From Thermoflexus hugenholtzii JAD2 (GTDB lineage Bacteria; Chloroflexota; UBA11872; UBA12225), in contig CAMDTO010000001.1 in assembly GCA_945907765.1 (NCBI GenBank), forward strand, positions 28,083 through 92,082: a stretch of 64,000 nucleotides of DNA, given 5' to 3'. The stretch's first letter is position 1. Each line of letters opens with the position of its first letter. This document shows positions 52,066 through 62,734 of the stretch, piece after piece. The notes beneath the pieces were generated by a model that saw only the letters and a list, made by a program, of their open reading frames with translations, had not been told where the DNA came from and ran no database searches. Both the position numbers and the translations under genes were made by a program.

Positions 52066-52799
52066 TCAGGTGCCGAAATAGGCGTCGATGACGCGCGGGT
52101 CGGCACGGATCACCGAGGGGTCTCCGTCGGCGAGCAATTCACCGTGGTCGAGGACAATCAGCCGGGAACACAGTGCCATGATGAGTTTGATTTCATGGTA
52201 GGTAATCAGGAAAGTCTTGCCTCGTTCCCGAAGGGCAAGGATATGGGTGCACAGGCGCTCCTCCATAACGGGGTTCACCCCGGCATATGGTTCGTCGAGG
52301 AGGATGACGTCGGGATCGTTCACCAGCACGCGTGCGAACTCGAGAAGCTTCTGCTGCCCATACGACAGGTTGGCGGCGAATTCGTCGGCAACGGGGGAGA
52401 GCCCGACAAAGGCGAGTGAGTCGCCTGCCCGGGCGGATGCCTCACGCGCAGGGGCTCGTGTGACGGCGACGAGGTTTTCCATGGCGGTCATTTGCGGATA
52501 GAGGCGCGAAAGCTGGAAGGTACGGCTGAGGCCAAGGCGGTTTCTGACGCTCGCCGGCTTGTGGGTGATTGCCGTGCCTCGCAATCGGATTTCGCCGGTG
52601 TTGGTCGGTATCTCACCGGAATCAGGCGAAACAGGGTGCTCTTGCCCGACCCGTTCGGGCCGTTCGGGCCGATCAGTCCGGTCACTGTTCCGGCCGCGAT
52701 GCCGAATGAGACGCCATCCACGGCAATCACTCCGCCGAACCGTCGGGTTACACGGTCGACGGAGAGGATCGGATCGACTGGGTGGTCGGGTTCCATCAT
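52066..52799 (-). pseudogene. livG: LivG-like ABC ATP-binding pseudogene
   Basis: N-terminal 'FGGVIAV', 'GPNGPNGSGKST' in one frame and 'SRTFQ', 'LSYGQQK', 'LDEP' in another; 1-nt shift near 52620; 9-bp duplication in Walker A. Confidence 0.85.
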
Positions 52800-52812
52800 C
52801 TGGTTTCCGGGA

Positions 52813-53760
52813 TCACAGACGACGCGACCGGGGGATCCAACCCCGGTCCTGGAGGATCTGGGTGATGCCTCCGGGCAAGAAGAGGACGATGGCAGTGATG
52901 AGTACGCCTGATAGGGCGGTGTGAAGGAACGGAAACTTCGCCCAGAGTGCCTCGCTGATGCCCGAAAGTAACACGCTGCCAAGCACCGGCACAAAGACCG
53001 TCCCCTGCCCGCCAAGCATGGTCATCGCGATTGCCCTGACGGTCAAGGACCCGGCAAAGACGGTCCCAGGATCGATGTAACTCATCTGCCAGGCGTAGAT
53101 GCCTCCCGCAAGACCTGCAAAGAGTGCACTGACCGCAAAGGCACCGATCTTCAACCGAGTTGTCTGGAGGCCATTGAGTTCAGCCGCAACCTCATCCTCG
53201 CGGGTGGCGAGGAGACGGAGGCCGACCGGTAGGGTCGCAACCCGGTAGGTCACCAGGACCGTTGCAGTCGCCACCGTGAACATTGCGTAGTACGCGACGG
53301 TGAGGACGTCCTCGGGGATCAGTACAAGTCCGTTGCCTCCGCTGGTTAGCGGTTCGGCGACGGTCACGCCAATCCTGATGGCCTCGGCCACGCCAAGCAT
53401 GCCGACCGAAAATTAGGGGGCTCGTAGTCGAAGGGCTGGATACCCGAAGAGGGGACGGGCTGACGCGGCGGCGATACCCGCCACGACAATGGCAATTGGT
53501 GCGGGCATCCCTCCCCGGACGATTGCGATGCCGGTGGCGCATGCCCGGATGCCGCAGAATGCCGAATGCCCGAAACTGACATACCCCGTGAAGCCTGAGA
53601 TCAGGTTCCACGAGGAGGCGAGCGCACACGCCATCAGTGCCTGCATGACGAACGTCTTGGTGTAGTTCGACCCGAAGACTGGCACCAAGGCGATGGTCAT
53701 GGTCACTGCCCCGATGATCCCTGGGTAGATCCGTATGCCGCGCGTACCGGTCGCCGGCAT
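52813..53760 (-). pseudogene. livM: LivM-like permease pseudogene
   Basis: 'WNLISGFTGYVSFGH' then LRLRAP*FSVGMLG with in-frame TAA at 53413-53415 where Tyr is expected. Confidence 0.85.
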
Positions 53761-53831
53761 GTTCGTTGGGGATTCCTCGTCGGACGGTTCGTCGGCGTGC
53801 GGGGCGTAGCGGTGGACGCAGGCATTGGTGG

Positions 53832-54692
53832 TCAGGCCTCCTTGAGGACAAAGAAGCCTTGGGGACGCAAGAGGAGCATTGCAAGCAGGGTGATGTAGAC
53901 GACCGCTTCGGCGATCTGGGCGGTCGTGACGTAACTTGCGGTGGATTCGATGACGCCGAGGACGATCGCACCGAGGAACGCGCCTGGAAAACTCCCCATG
54001 GCGCCCAAGACCATCACGGCGAATGCCTTGAGCATGAAAGTCTTCCCCATTTCCGGGTAGACCGTGTAGAGAAACCTGGTGAGCGTGCCGGCGGCCCCGG
54101 CAAGGGCAGTTGCGATCCCGAACGCGATCATGCGGGCGCGGTCAATGTCGATGCCGCACGCGAGGGCGACGTCGGCACTCTGGGCGGTCGCACGCAATGC
54201 TTTGCCCCATCTGGTTCTCGCGAGGAAGAACTGCGCGGCGCCGGTGAGCACGAGGGCAGTGACACATGCCACCAGTCGTGGGACTGAGAAGGCAAGTTCA
54301 CCGATGTTGAGTGCCCCGCTCAGGAATGGGACCGAACGGAAGTCGTTGGTGAAAGTTGCTTGGGCGCCTCCGGTGAGTGCGAGTGAGACCCCGTAGGTTA
54401 GGAGGAGCGAAGTAAGGAGTGGTGCACGCACCACGCGCGAAATCAGCAACCGTTGTGCAATCCATCCGACTCCGAACATCAATGGCATGGATATGAGCAG
54501 CGAAAGGATGGGGTTTAGTCCGATGAGAACGAACAGGAAGAATGATGCGTAGGCGCCGAGCATCAGGAACTCGCCGTGGGCGAGGTTGATTACCCGCATC
54601 ACACCGAAGATGAGGGTCAAGCCCCCTGCGAGACGCGCGTGGACGTCGCCGAGTGGAAGGCCACTCACCACCACCTGCACCAGTGTGACCAA
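53832..54692 (-). CDS. livH: LivH-like branched-chain amino acid ABC permease (possibly degenerate)
   Basis: 'GLTLIFGVMRVINLAHGE', 'WGKALRA', 'LRPQG'; open frame but odd residues in TM1 (GDVHAR). Confidence 0.8.
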   Translation of the reverse strand: MVTLVQVVVSGLPLGDVHARLAGGLTLIFGVMRVINLAHGEFLMLGAYASFFLFVLIGLNPILSLLISMPLMFGVGWIAQRLLISRVVRAPLLTSLLLTYGVSLALTGGAQATFTNDFRSVPFLSGALNIGELAFSVPRLVACVTALVLTGAAQFFLARTRWGKALRATAQSADVALACGIDIDRARMIAFGIATALAGAAGTLTRFLYTVYPEMGKTFMLKAFAVMVLGAMGSFPGAFLGAIVLGVIESTASYVTTAQIAEAVVYITLLAMLLLRPQGFFVLKEA

Positions 54693-54761
54693 CTCCCCTC
54701 ATCTTCCTCCGCCGAAACTTCCCCGTCAAGGCTGGCCTGCGCCGGCGATCACCGAGCAGGC

Positions 54762-56009
54762 CTAGCGTGACTTCCACTCCGGCATCGGGAACTTTGGTTT
54801 GGCGGTTGCCATTGCGTCGGGGCCGATCACTGGCTTGTCCTTGCCTTGCCACTGGATAACGACCGGGATGTGTGACAACTGGATACCCGTGTCGTCAACC
54901 TTGTACTTGCCTGGAAGGACGGTCTCGATCTCCAGGGTCGAGAGGGCCTCGCGAATCTTCTCCCGGTCAAGGCTTTTCGCCTTGAGCACCGCAGCTTCGA
55001 GGATCTGGCCTCCGGCGAAACCCGTTGCGGAATGATAGTCCGGTTCCCGGTTCCACTTCTTCTTGTATGACGCCTCGAACTCGCTGTTGCCTTTGGTCTT
55101 GAGGCTTGGCTCCCACATCGACGGACCGAAGATGAAGTCTGCGTCCTTGCCGAGGCCCTCGCCGAACTCGGGCATCGCGGCGCCGACCGAGAACGCAAGC
55201 ATCTTGACATTCAGGTCGAGTTCCTTGGCCTGCCGGGTGATCAGGACCGAGTCGGGTTGGTAGGAACCGCCGACGAGGACTTCAGGTTTCGCAGCCTTCA
55301 ACTTGGTGATGAGGGATGACAGGTCCGTCACCTTGGTGGGGTATTGCTCTTGAAAGACGATCCGGAAGCCTTCCTTGCGGGCATATTCGGCGGTTCCGGC
55401 GGCGGTTGCCTTCGCAAAGGCGGTGTCTTCTGTGATGATCGCGATCGTCTTGAGGCCATTCTTCTTGGCGAGGTCAATCACGCCATAGAAGTAGGACTCG
55501 GCGACCGAATAGACACCGAAGACGTACTTGTAGTTGCGCTTCCAGATGTCTGAAGCCGACGCTCCGGCGGACAGCATCGGGTACTTGTATTTTTCGGTGA
55601 CGGTCGATACCGCTTGGGTGACGCCACTTGAGTACGGTCCGAGGACGAGGTCGACCTTGTCCTCATTGATGAGCTTCTCGTAGAGCTTCGTGCCGACGGT
55701 TGGGTCGGACTGGTCGTCAAGGATGACCATTTCCACCTGGCGTCCAAGAAGCCCACCACGGGCGTTGAGCTGTTCGGCCCACAACTGGTAGGCCTCCACC
55801 TGGTACTGCCCGGTCTTGCCGTTGCTGCCGGTGGTGGATACGGATGCCCCGATCTTGACCGGTGCGCCCTTTGGTGCCCCGCCGGTTGCCGGTGCCGCGG
55901 GCGCGGCGCTTTCACCCGCATCGCCACCGCAAGCGGACAGGATGAGGCCCGCGAGTCCGAGGGCGGCCGGGGTTCCCGCCAGAATTGATCTTCTCGTGCG
56001 AGTGGTCAT
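54762..56009 (-). CDS. Liv-type ABC substrate-binding lipoprotein
   Basis: 'TRRSIL' twin-arginine-like motif plus lipobox 'LSAC'; 'NARGGLLGR', 'DDQSD', 'LGPYSS'. Confidence 0.9.
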   Translation of the reverse strand: MTTRTRRSILAGTPAALGLAGLILSACGGDAGESAAPAAPATGGAPKGAPVKIGASVSTTGSNGKTGQYQVEAYQLWAEQLNARGGLLGRQVEMVILDDQSDPTVGTKLYEKLINEDKVDLVLGPYSSGVTQAVSTVTEKYKYPMLSAGASASDIWKRNYKYVFGVYSVAESYFYGVIDLAKKNGLKTIAIITEDTAFAKATAAGTAEYARKEGFRIVFQEQYPTKVTDLSSLITKLKAAKPEVLVGGSYQPDSVLITRQAKELDLNVKMLAFSVGAAMPEFGEGLGKDADFIFGPSMWEPSLKTKGNSEFEASYKKKWNREPDYHSATGFAGGQILEAAVLKAKSLDREKIREALSTLEIETVLPGKYKVDDTGIQLSHIPVVIQWQGKDKPVIGPDAMATAKPKFPMPEWKSR

Positions 56010-56193
56010 GCCTTTTTACCCCTCTTCGTCAGTTGTTATTCCGCAAGTGTATCCAGAACTCCTTAATCAGTATCCGGGATCTCTCGAGCGCATCTGCGAC
56101 AGGCCCCAGAGTGGCTCCGCGGGAACGTTACGGGTAGGCCTTGAGAGTCAAAATCGGAGATTGACGGAATACCGCCGGTACACTCCGCTGCTC

Positions 56194-57240
56194 ATGGTTC
56201 GCCCCAAATCGTCCCAGGCAGTCAGGCGCCGATCACCCGTCGCATCGGGTTGGATGCAACTTTCGTTCGATGTTCCGGTGATGCCTTTCCGGTACGAACG
56301 TGGCATGTATCTCGAGGATGCGGGGATGTGGCTTGATCCGCATACCCGACGCCCGGTTGCGTACGTGTCCCACGGGCATTCAGACCACTGTCGTCCGCAC
56401 GGTCATGCATTCGTGACCCCGGAGACTGCGGACTTCTACCGGCTCCGAACGGGGCGCACGGCACTCACCGTGATGAACATCGGAGAGACGCTAACCAGAG
56501 GACTGCAAGAGGTCGATGTCTTTCCTGCGGGACACGTCCTGGGTTCGTCGCAGGTCCGTGTGCGTGACCTCGCGACTGGGCATCGGCTGGTCTATACCGG
56601 CGACTTCAAGTTGCGCCCCTCGCTCACGTCCCCGAGTGCGCCCGTTCTCGAGTGCGAAACCCTGGTCATGGAATGCACCTACGGCGCACCGCGGTTCACC
56701 TTTCCGCCAACTCAACAGGTCGTGGCGGAGTTGATTGCTTGGGTCGCGGCGGTTATTGCATCGGGGAACATACCGGTGGTCTGTGGTTATGCGCTTGGGA
56801 AGGCCCAGGAGGCGATGGCAATCCTGCACCAAGCCGGCCACCTGGTCGCGGTTCATCCAAGCATCCAACCCTACGCGGAAATCTACACGCGACATGGTGT
56901 GGAACTCGGGCCGTACGTGGTCATGTCAGCCGATCCGGGTTCGCCGTCAGGTTCAGAGGGCCGGGTCATCGTCTGCCCGCCCCACCATGCCCGTTCAATC
57001 CGGGAGACGATGCCCCTCACCCGAATGATGATCCTGACCGGGTGGGCGATTGATGGCGGTGCGCCCGGGCGGCTGCCGATGGGCACGGCACTCCCTCTCT
57101 CGGACCATGCTGGGTTCGATGACTTGGTCGAATACGTTGAGCGCGCCCGCCCGAAGGTCGTCTACACCGTCCACGGCAATGGCGGGTTTGCGCAACACCT
57201 TCGCCGGCAAGGCATCGAGGCCCACCATTTGGGTGCGTGA
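56194..57240 (+). CDS. MBL-fold/beta-CASP-like nuclease (ligase-associated exonuclease family)
   Basis: 'SHGHSDH', 'AGHVLGS', 'YTGDFK', 'ECTYG', 'YALGKAQ', 'LSDHA'; start uncertain. Confidence 0.85.
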   Translation: MVRPKSSQAVRRRSPVASGWMQLSFDVPVMPFRYERGMYLEDAGMWLDPHTRRPVAYVSHGHSDHCRPHGHAFVTPETADFYRLRTGRTALTVMNIGETLTRGLQEVDVFPAGHVLGSSQVRVRDLATGHRLVYTGDFKLRPSLTSPSAPVLECETLVMECTYGAPRFTFPPTQQVVAELIAWVAAVIASGNIPVVCGYALGKAQEAMAILHQAGHLVAVHPSIQPYAEIYTRHGVELGPYVVMSADPGSPSGSEGRVIVCPPHHARSIRETMPLTRMMILTGWAIDGGAPGRLPMGTALPLSDHAGFDDLVEYVERARPKVVYTVHGNGGFAQHLRRQGIEAHHLGA

Positions 57241-57288
57241 CCGGGAGGTGCGAAAAAGAATTAGGGTAGGTGCGGAACTGATCCTTGA

Positions 57289-57966
57289 TCAGTCGGACTG
57301 TTCGATCCGATCTCTCAGGAGCTCCAGGGCAACCAGGGCCGCGCCTCGCTTGTAGGCGTGTCGGTCCGGTGACGGCACGAGATGCTCCTGCCACTGGACA
57401 CCCTCGCCTTCGGCAGCCGTTGCGTGCTCGCCCTTCCCGATGATGGAGATGATTGTGGCACCGGCGATTGGATCCGCGATCTCGCCATCCACCTTCAGGA
57501 CACCCGCAGGATTTGCCCCTGGGGCCCCTGGGGCGGGGTCGGCGCTCGTGGCAGGGTGCCGGTTGTCGGCATAGCCAGTGATGGCGATTGACCAGTCAGT
57601 GTTGAACAGGCGTCGCGTGAGACGCGCCATCTGGACGGTTGCCTCGACACTGATCGAACCGTGGTCCTCGATTGTTTCCGAGGCGACGCGCAGGAGCAGT
57701 TGCTTGGCGTAATCCGTGTAACTGACAATCCCGGCCCGGAACCACGCGGAAGCACCCGTTTGCTGGGTCAGGACGTGTGCAAGGTAACCGCCCGTCGAGC
57801 CTTCGGCTACGGCGAGCGTCTCGCCGCGCCGGACGAGCGCCTGGGCAATGGCCTGCGCTGCCTGGTCGATTGCCTCCTCGGTTGGTGGATCAATGTCATC
57901 AGGCATTGGCCTGATCGGAATGATATTGGTGCTTGCCACGGCGTCATCCGACCTCGGTGACGGCAA
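57289..57966 (-). CDS. CinA C-terminal domain (PncC-like) protein
   Basis: 'TLAVAEGSTGG', 'GASAWF', 'AK..LL.V', 'AITG'; start uncertain. Confidence 0.82.
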   Translation of the reverse strand: MPSPRSDDAVASTNIIPIRPMPDDIDPPTEEAIDQAAQAIAQALVRRGETLAVAEGSTGGYLAHVLTQQTGASAWFRAGIVSYTDYAKQLLLRVASETIEDHGSISVEATVQMARLTRRLFNTDWSIAITGYADNRHPATSADPAPGAPGANPAGVLKVDGEIADPIAGATIISIIGKGEHATAAEGEGVQWQEHLVPSPDRHAYKRGAALVALELLRDRIEQSD

Positions 57967-57989
57967 TGGTTCAGGCGCCCGTCACACCT

Positions 57990-60497
57990 CTAGGATGATA
58001 CGTGCGGGGTGCGCGCCCCAACCTCCACTTCCTTGTCTAGCGGGAGGGCGGGATCATCACCGGTCGTGACGCGGTAACTCTTTCCCGTGGCCTCGTCGAG
58101 TTCGACATATCCGGCATCTTCGAGGTCGTCCATGAGTTTTGCGGCTTTCGGGTACCCGATGCCGAGTTTCCGTTGCAGGAAACTGACGCTGACGTGGTTG
58201 CTGGTACGCAAGACCTCGACTGCACGGTCAAGCAGGGCCGATGCCCGGTCCTGCTTCTCGGAGGCTGCTTCCTCGTCGCGCAGGCAGAGGGCGTCGATTT
58301 CACCCTTGCTCACGTAGTTGGGGCGCCCCTGATCCTTCCAGAACTGGACAATCTTGGAGAGTTCCTCGTCGGAGACCCACGCACCCTGAACGCGGACGGG
58401 GCGGCCTTGATCGTAAGGCAGGTAGAGCATGTCCCCGCGCCCCAGTAGGGCCTCGGCACCGCCGGTATCCAGAATGACGCGCGAGTCGGTCTGGCTGGCA
58501 ACTGCGAAGGCGATGCGGCTGGGGATGTTCGCCTTGATGAGTCCGGTCACGACGTTGACGCTTGGCCTTTGCGTTGCCACGACCAGGTGAATCCCGACGG
58601 CCCGTGCCTTGGCGGTGAGGCGGCAGATGGCCGGCTCGACGTCGTCCGGGGCGAACATCATCAAGTCGGCAAGTTCGTCAATGATCAGGACGATGTAGGG
58701 CAATGGCTTAGGCCGGGTCAACGCGGTCCAGGCCTCATGTCGCCCATTGCCGGCCGGTGGCGTCGAGTCCTCGGCGTTTGCCTCGATCGCACGGTTATAG
58801 GCATCCAGATGGCGATACCCGGCTTTTGACAAGAGGGTGTAACGACGTTCCATTTCCTCGCACGCCCACAACAGCACTTTCCCGGCTTCGGCAAGGTCGG
58901 TGACAACCGGGTACCGGAGGTGGGGAATGCCCTCGTATTCGGCAAGTTCGACCTGTTTGGGGTCGATCATGAGGAGGTTCAGTTCGTCGGGACGGCAGTG
59001 TGAGAGCAGCGAGGCGATGATCGTGTTGACGCACACGGACTTGCCGGCGCCCGTCTGGCCGGCAATCAGGAGGTGGGGCATTCTTGCGAGGTCACCGACA
59101 CGAGGCCGCCCGTCGACATCGCGCCCAAGTGCAACCCGTAGGCGACCCTTGCTTTCGGTGAACTCGCGGGTCTCGAGAACCTCGCGCAGGCCGACCGAAG
59201 CCGCCCGGTCGTTCGGGATCTCTATCCCCACGAAGGGTCGTCCGGGAACCGGGAGTTCGATTCGCAAAGTCTTGGCAGCGAGACGCAACTGGAGGTCGTA
59301 CTCGTACCGCTTGATGGTCTTGACGGGTACGCCCTCCCCGGGAACAAGCGAGAACTGGGTGACTGTCGGGCCAACTCGCGCTTCCCGCACCGTGACCGGG
59401 ATGTTGAAGCTCAGAAGGGTCTTTTCGATCGTGGCGGCCTTCTCGGCAATTTCGTTGTCGCCCATCTGTTGCGCGACAGAGACGGAAAGCAGGGAGAGTG
59501 GCGGAAGTTGCCATCGTTCCGGCCACGGTGCCGGTTCTAACGATGACCGGGTCGGGGGCTCTGACGGGGTGGTCTGGCCAGAGGCATCGGGACGCCCCGA
59601 TTGGTTGCCAGTTTGGATGATCAGGGTTCGCGTTCCGGAGTCTCCAACTGAATCTGGACTGGCTGGTGGATTGCGACGTCCACGGGGTGAAACGGTGGGC
59701 TCATCATGGTCTTGAGTGCGAGTTCGGGAGGGGCGCTTTCCGGCATCCTGGTCAAGTTCGGACTCGTCCGTCCCGAGAGGGGGCGGGGGATTGAGGTTCG
59801 CGACCATGGTGGAGATCGTGCGGAAGGTGCTCATGACCAGCGCCACGAAGGCGCGACCGAAGTGTGTCGTGGCCCAGACGAGCGCCGTGGCGGTGCAGCG
59901 TCCGGTGGCGATGATTCCAACGAGGAGGTTCCTGCCAAGTGATTCCCAGTACGGACGCGGGATTCCAAGGAGGAGGACTGCACTGGCCGTTGAGAGGACG
60001 AGTGCAGTCGCGATTGCACCTGCACTTCCGACCGATAGGTTCAGAATGGACCACGTGACGTTTCCGAGTGCTCCGGATCCATCGGCAGTGGTCGAACTTG
60101 AGCCGATGCCGACGGGTCCGGACGCGCCGAGTGTGCCTACACCAAGGAGGAACCCGAAGCCTCCGAGCAGGCGCATCATGACCTGACGGCGCCACGCGAT
60201 CTCACCGAGGGCGATGGTGGCGCCGACTGCTCCAATCAGGGCGCACCAGGGCACGGTCAACCAGCCCCCAGCTTGCTCGAGTGCGTGAGCAAGTGCCCCG
60301 GTCGCGGCGCCATCGGGAGACAGGATTGCCAATGATCCGTAGATGGCGATGAGCAACAAGGCTCCGCCACTGACGCGCAGGGCCGTCGCCGGGCTGACGG
60401 TGAATGATGGGATGGAACCGGGGCGTGCCTTGGGGGGCGCGTCGCGTCTCGCGGTGGCACGGGTGCTTGGCGTGATGGTGGACGTTCGGCCCGACAC
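57990..60497 (-). CDS. ftsK: DNA translocase FtsK/SpoIIIE
   Basis: N-terminal TMs, 'MPHLLIAGQTGAGKS', 'IDPK', 'IIDELAD', 'ATQRPS', gamma domain 'LQRKLGIGY'; GTG 60497 has a GGGAGG SD. Confidence 0.95.
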   Translation of the reverse strand: MSGRTSTITPSTRATARRDAPPKARPGSIPSFTVSPATALRVSGGALLLIAIYGSLAILSPDGAATGALAHALEQAGGWLTVPWCALIGAVGATIALGEIAWRRQVMMRLLGGFGFLLGVGTLGASGPVGIGSSSTTADGSGALGNVTWSILNLSVGSAGAIATALVLSTASAVLLLGIPRPYWESLGRNLLVGIIATGRCTATALVWATTHFGRAFVALVMSTFRTISTMVANLNPPPPLGTDESELDQDAGKRPSRTRTQDHDEPTVSPRGRRNPPASPDSVGDSGTRTLIIQTGNQSGRPDASGQTTPSEPPTRSSLEPAPWPERWQLPPLSLLSVSVAQQMGDNEIAEKAATIEKTLLSFNIPVTVREARVGPTVTQFSLVPGEGVPVKTIKRYEYDLQLRLAAKTLRIELPVPGRPFVGIEIPNDRAASVGLREVLETREFTESKGRLRVALGRDVDGRPRVGDLARMPHLLIAGQTGAGKSVCVNTIIASLLSHCRPDELNLLMIDPKQVELAEYEGIPHLRYPVVTDLAEAGKVLLWACEEMERRYTLLSKAGYRHLDAYNRAIEANAEDSTPPAGNGRHEAWTALTRPKPLPYIVLIIDELADLMMFAPDDVEPAICRLTAKARAVGIHLVVATQRPSVNVVTGLIKANIPSRIAFAVASQTDSRVILDTGGAEALLGRGDMLYLPYDQGRPVRVQGAWVSDEELSKIVQFWKDQGRPNYVSKGEIDALCLRDEEAASEKQDRASALLDRAVEVLRTSNHVSVSFLQRKLGIGYPKAAKLMDDLEDAGYVELDEATGKSYRVTTGDDPALPLDKEVEVGARTPHVSS

Positions 60498-60779
60498 GAT
60501 CCTGGGTCCCTCCCGTTGCGGCTCGTCCCTCGAACCCCACCCCATGCGAGCACCCAAGTGGGGTGCGGCGATGGGAATAGCTTTCCGGCACATGCGGGGA
60601 GCAGACGCGTGACCGTGCCGATTGCCCGAGCACAATCCGTCCCAACGCAAGAACGGATGCAAGGTCTTGATGTCTCAGAACCAGTGGGACCCCGAACGGG
60701 CAGGCAGGTGACCGCCGGTGTTCGACCCGAACGGGGTCGAGTGGGTCCCGTTGTGACGGGTGAGGGGAGGCACGCCTGG

Positions 60780-62492
60780 CTAGATTTCCACGATCAGAGG
60801 GAGGATCATCGGGCGCCGGCGCGTCTGGTCGTAGACGTACTTCGACAATGCGTCACGAATACGGTTGCGGACGTCGGCCCAGTTAACTGAGGGCACCACA
60901 TCCACGCCATCATCATCGGATGACGCGAATGGTGATGCTCGGCGGGTGGCTTCGATGGCGGTGATCACCTGGGCACGGGCCTGTTCCACCAGTTCCTCGG
61001 ATTCACGCATGTAGACGAATCCACGTGTCACGATTTCCGGCCCAGCGATCAGCCGTCCGGATGCACGTTCGACGGTCAGCGAGACGATGAGTACGCCATC
61101 CTGGGCGAGGACGCGCCGGTCGCGCAAGACCACCTGACCGACGTCGCCAACCCCGAGGCCGTCGACGAACACGTATCCCGCTGACACGTGCTCGGCAACC
61201 TCCGCATGGTCGGGGCCAATTTCGAGGACATCCCCGTCCTCGATGACGAAGATGTTCTCGGCCGGCAGTCCCATGGTCTGGGCAAGCCTGGCGTGCAGGA
61301 TCAGGTGCCGGTACTCACCGTGAACCGGCACGAAGTACTTCGGCTTGATCAGGGAGATCATGAGCTTCAGTTCTTCCTGGCTCGCATGTCCGGACACGTG
61401 AACGAGTTGGTCATGCCCCCAGACGACATTGGCGCCGAGCCGGAACAGATTGTCGATCGTGCGGCTGACGAGCTCCTCGTTGCCTGGGATGGGGGCGGCT
61501 GAAACGACAACCGTGTCACCTGGTGCGATCTGGACCTGGCGATGGTCGCGGTTTGCGATCCGGGCAAGTGCGGACGTTGGCTCACCCTGGCTGCCGGTCG
61601 TGATGAGGACAATGTCCTTGCCCGGCATCGAGTTGACCGTCGCCAGTTCGTCAGGGCGCAAAAGGACACCGGCGGGTGCGGTCAGGTAGCCGAGTTCCTG
61701 GGCGATCGCAACGTTCTGCACCATGCTTCGCCCCACAATGCCAACCCGACGGTTGTGCCTGACGGCAGCGTCGATAACCTGCTGGACGCGCGAGATCAGC
61801 GACGCAAAGGTGGCGATGATGATGCGCCCCTTGGCGCTCGCGAAAATCTGTTCGAAGGCGGTGTCAATCACCCGCTCAGAAGGGGTGTGGCCCGGCCTGT
61901 CAGCGTGAGTGCTGTCGGAAAAGAGGCAGAGGACACCCTTCTTTCCGACCTCAGCAAGCTTTCCGAAGTCCGTCGGACGGCCATCGACCGGAGTGTGGTC
62001 GAACTTGAAGTCGCCGGTGTGGACGATTGTCCCCGCAGGTGTCTCAAGTGCGACGCCTACACCATCCGGGATGCTGTGGCAGACATGAAAGAACTCGGCG
62101 ATGAAATGACCGAACCTGACGGCCTCACCTGGCACGATCCGGTTCAGGGTGACGCGGTCGGTCTGTCGATGTTCCTTGAGTTTTCCGGCAATCAGGCCGG
62201 CAGTGAGCGGAGTTGCCCACAGAGGAGGGAAATTCAACTGGGGAAGGATGTAGGGAAGGGCGCCGACGTGGTCTTCGTGCCCGTGGGTGAGGATGATGCC
62301 TCGTATTCGGTCCAGCCTGGTCGAGAGGTACGAGACATCCGGGATAACCAAGTCGACCCCGAGCATCTCGTTCTCAGGAAACATTACCCCGCAGTCGATG
62401 ATGACAATATCGTGATCGTCTTCGACGACCAGCATGTTCCTGCCGATTTCACCAAGTCCGCCAAGGGGAGTGCAACGAATTCGGTCGCTCAT
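60780..62492 (-). CDS. rnj: Ribonuclease J
   Basis: 'LGGLGEIGRN', 'THGHEDHVG', 'HTGDFK', 'TGSQGEP', 'HVSGH', 'PVHGEYRH'; TATAAT at 62514-62519 (minus). Confidence 0.97.
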   Translation of the reverse strand: MSDRIRCTPLGGLGEIGRNMLVVEDDHDIVIIDCGVMFPENEMLGVDLVIPDVSYLSTRLDRIRGIILTHGHEDHVGALPYILPQLNFPPLWATPLTAGLIAGKLKEHRQTDRVTLNRIVPGEAVRFGHFIAEFFHVCHSIPDGVGVALETPAGTIVHTGDFKFDHTPVDGRPTDFGKLAEVGKKGVLCLFSDSTHADRPGHTPSERVIDTAFEQIFASAKGRIIIATFASLISRVQQVIDAAVRHNRRVGIVGRSMVQNVAIAQELGYLTAPAGVLLRPDELATVNSMPGKDIVLITTGSQGEPTSALARIANRDHRQVQIAPGDTVVVSAAPIPGNEELVSRTIDNLFRLGANVVWGHDQLVHVSGHASQEELKLMISLIKPKYFVPVHGEYRHLILHARLAQTMGLPAENIFVIEDGDVLEIGPDHAEVAEHVSAGYVFVDGLGVGDVGQVVLRDRRVLAQDGVLIVSLTVERASGRLIAGPEIVTRGFVYMRESEELVEQARAQVITAIEATRRASPFASSDDDGVDVVPSVNWADVRNRIRDALSKYVYDQTRRRPMILPLIVEI

Positions 62493-62734
62493 GTTGTTTC
62501 AGGCATTGCCGTGATTATAGGCCGTGGATCCACGGACCTCTCGGGTCGGGGATGGATGACCAGGGTGGATCCGGGCATGATCGCACGGTGGTGGTTGCGG
62601 TCCCTTGCGTGTCTCGTATGGCGGATACCATCGGCCATGCGTGCTGAGGGTTTGGCACGCTCGCGGGTCGTGCCATGACGGCGCGACAGCCCTGCATTAG
62701 GGAGCGAAGTGATCCATCGGGAAGGCCGGACGCG

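Noticed and set aside
55816..56193. Long N-terminal extensions in the ORF track (MBL nuclease, HNH from 16954, DUF951 from 15687, oxidoreductase to 14272, ftsK to 60662)
   Set aside because: They overlap other genes or promoter regions; domain boundaries and SD or -10 signals support later starts
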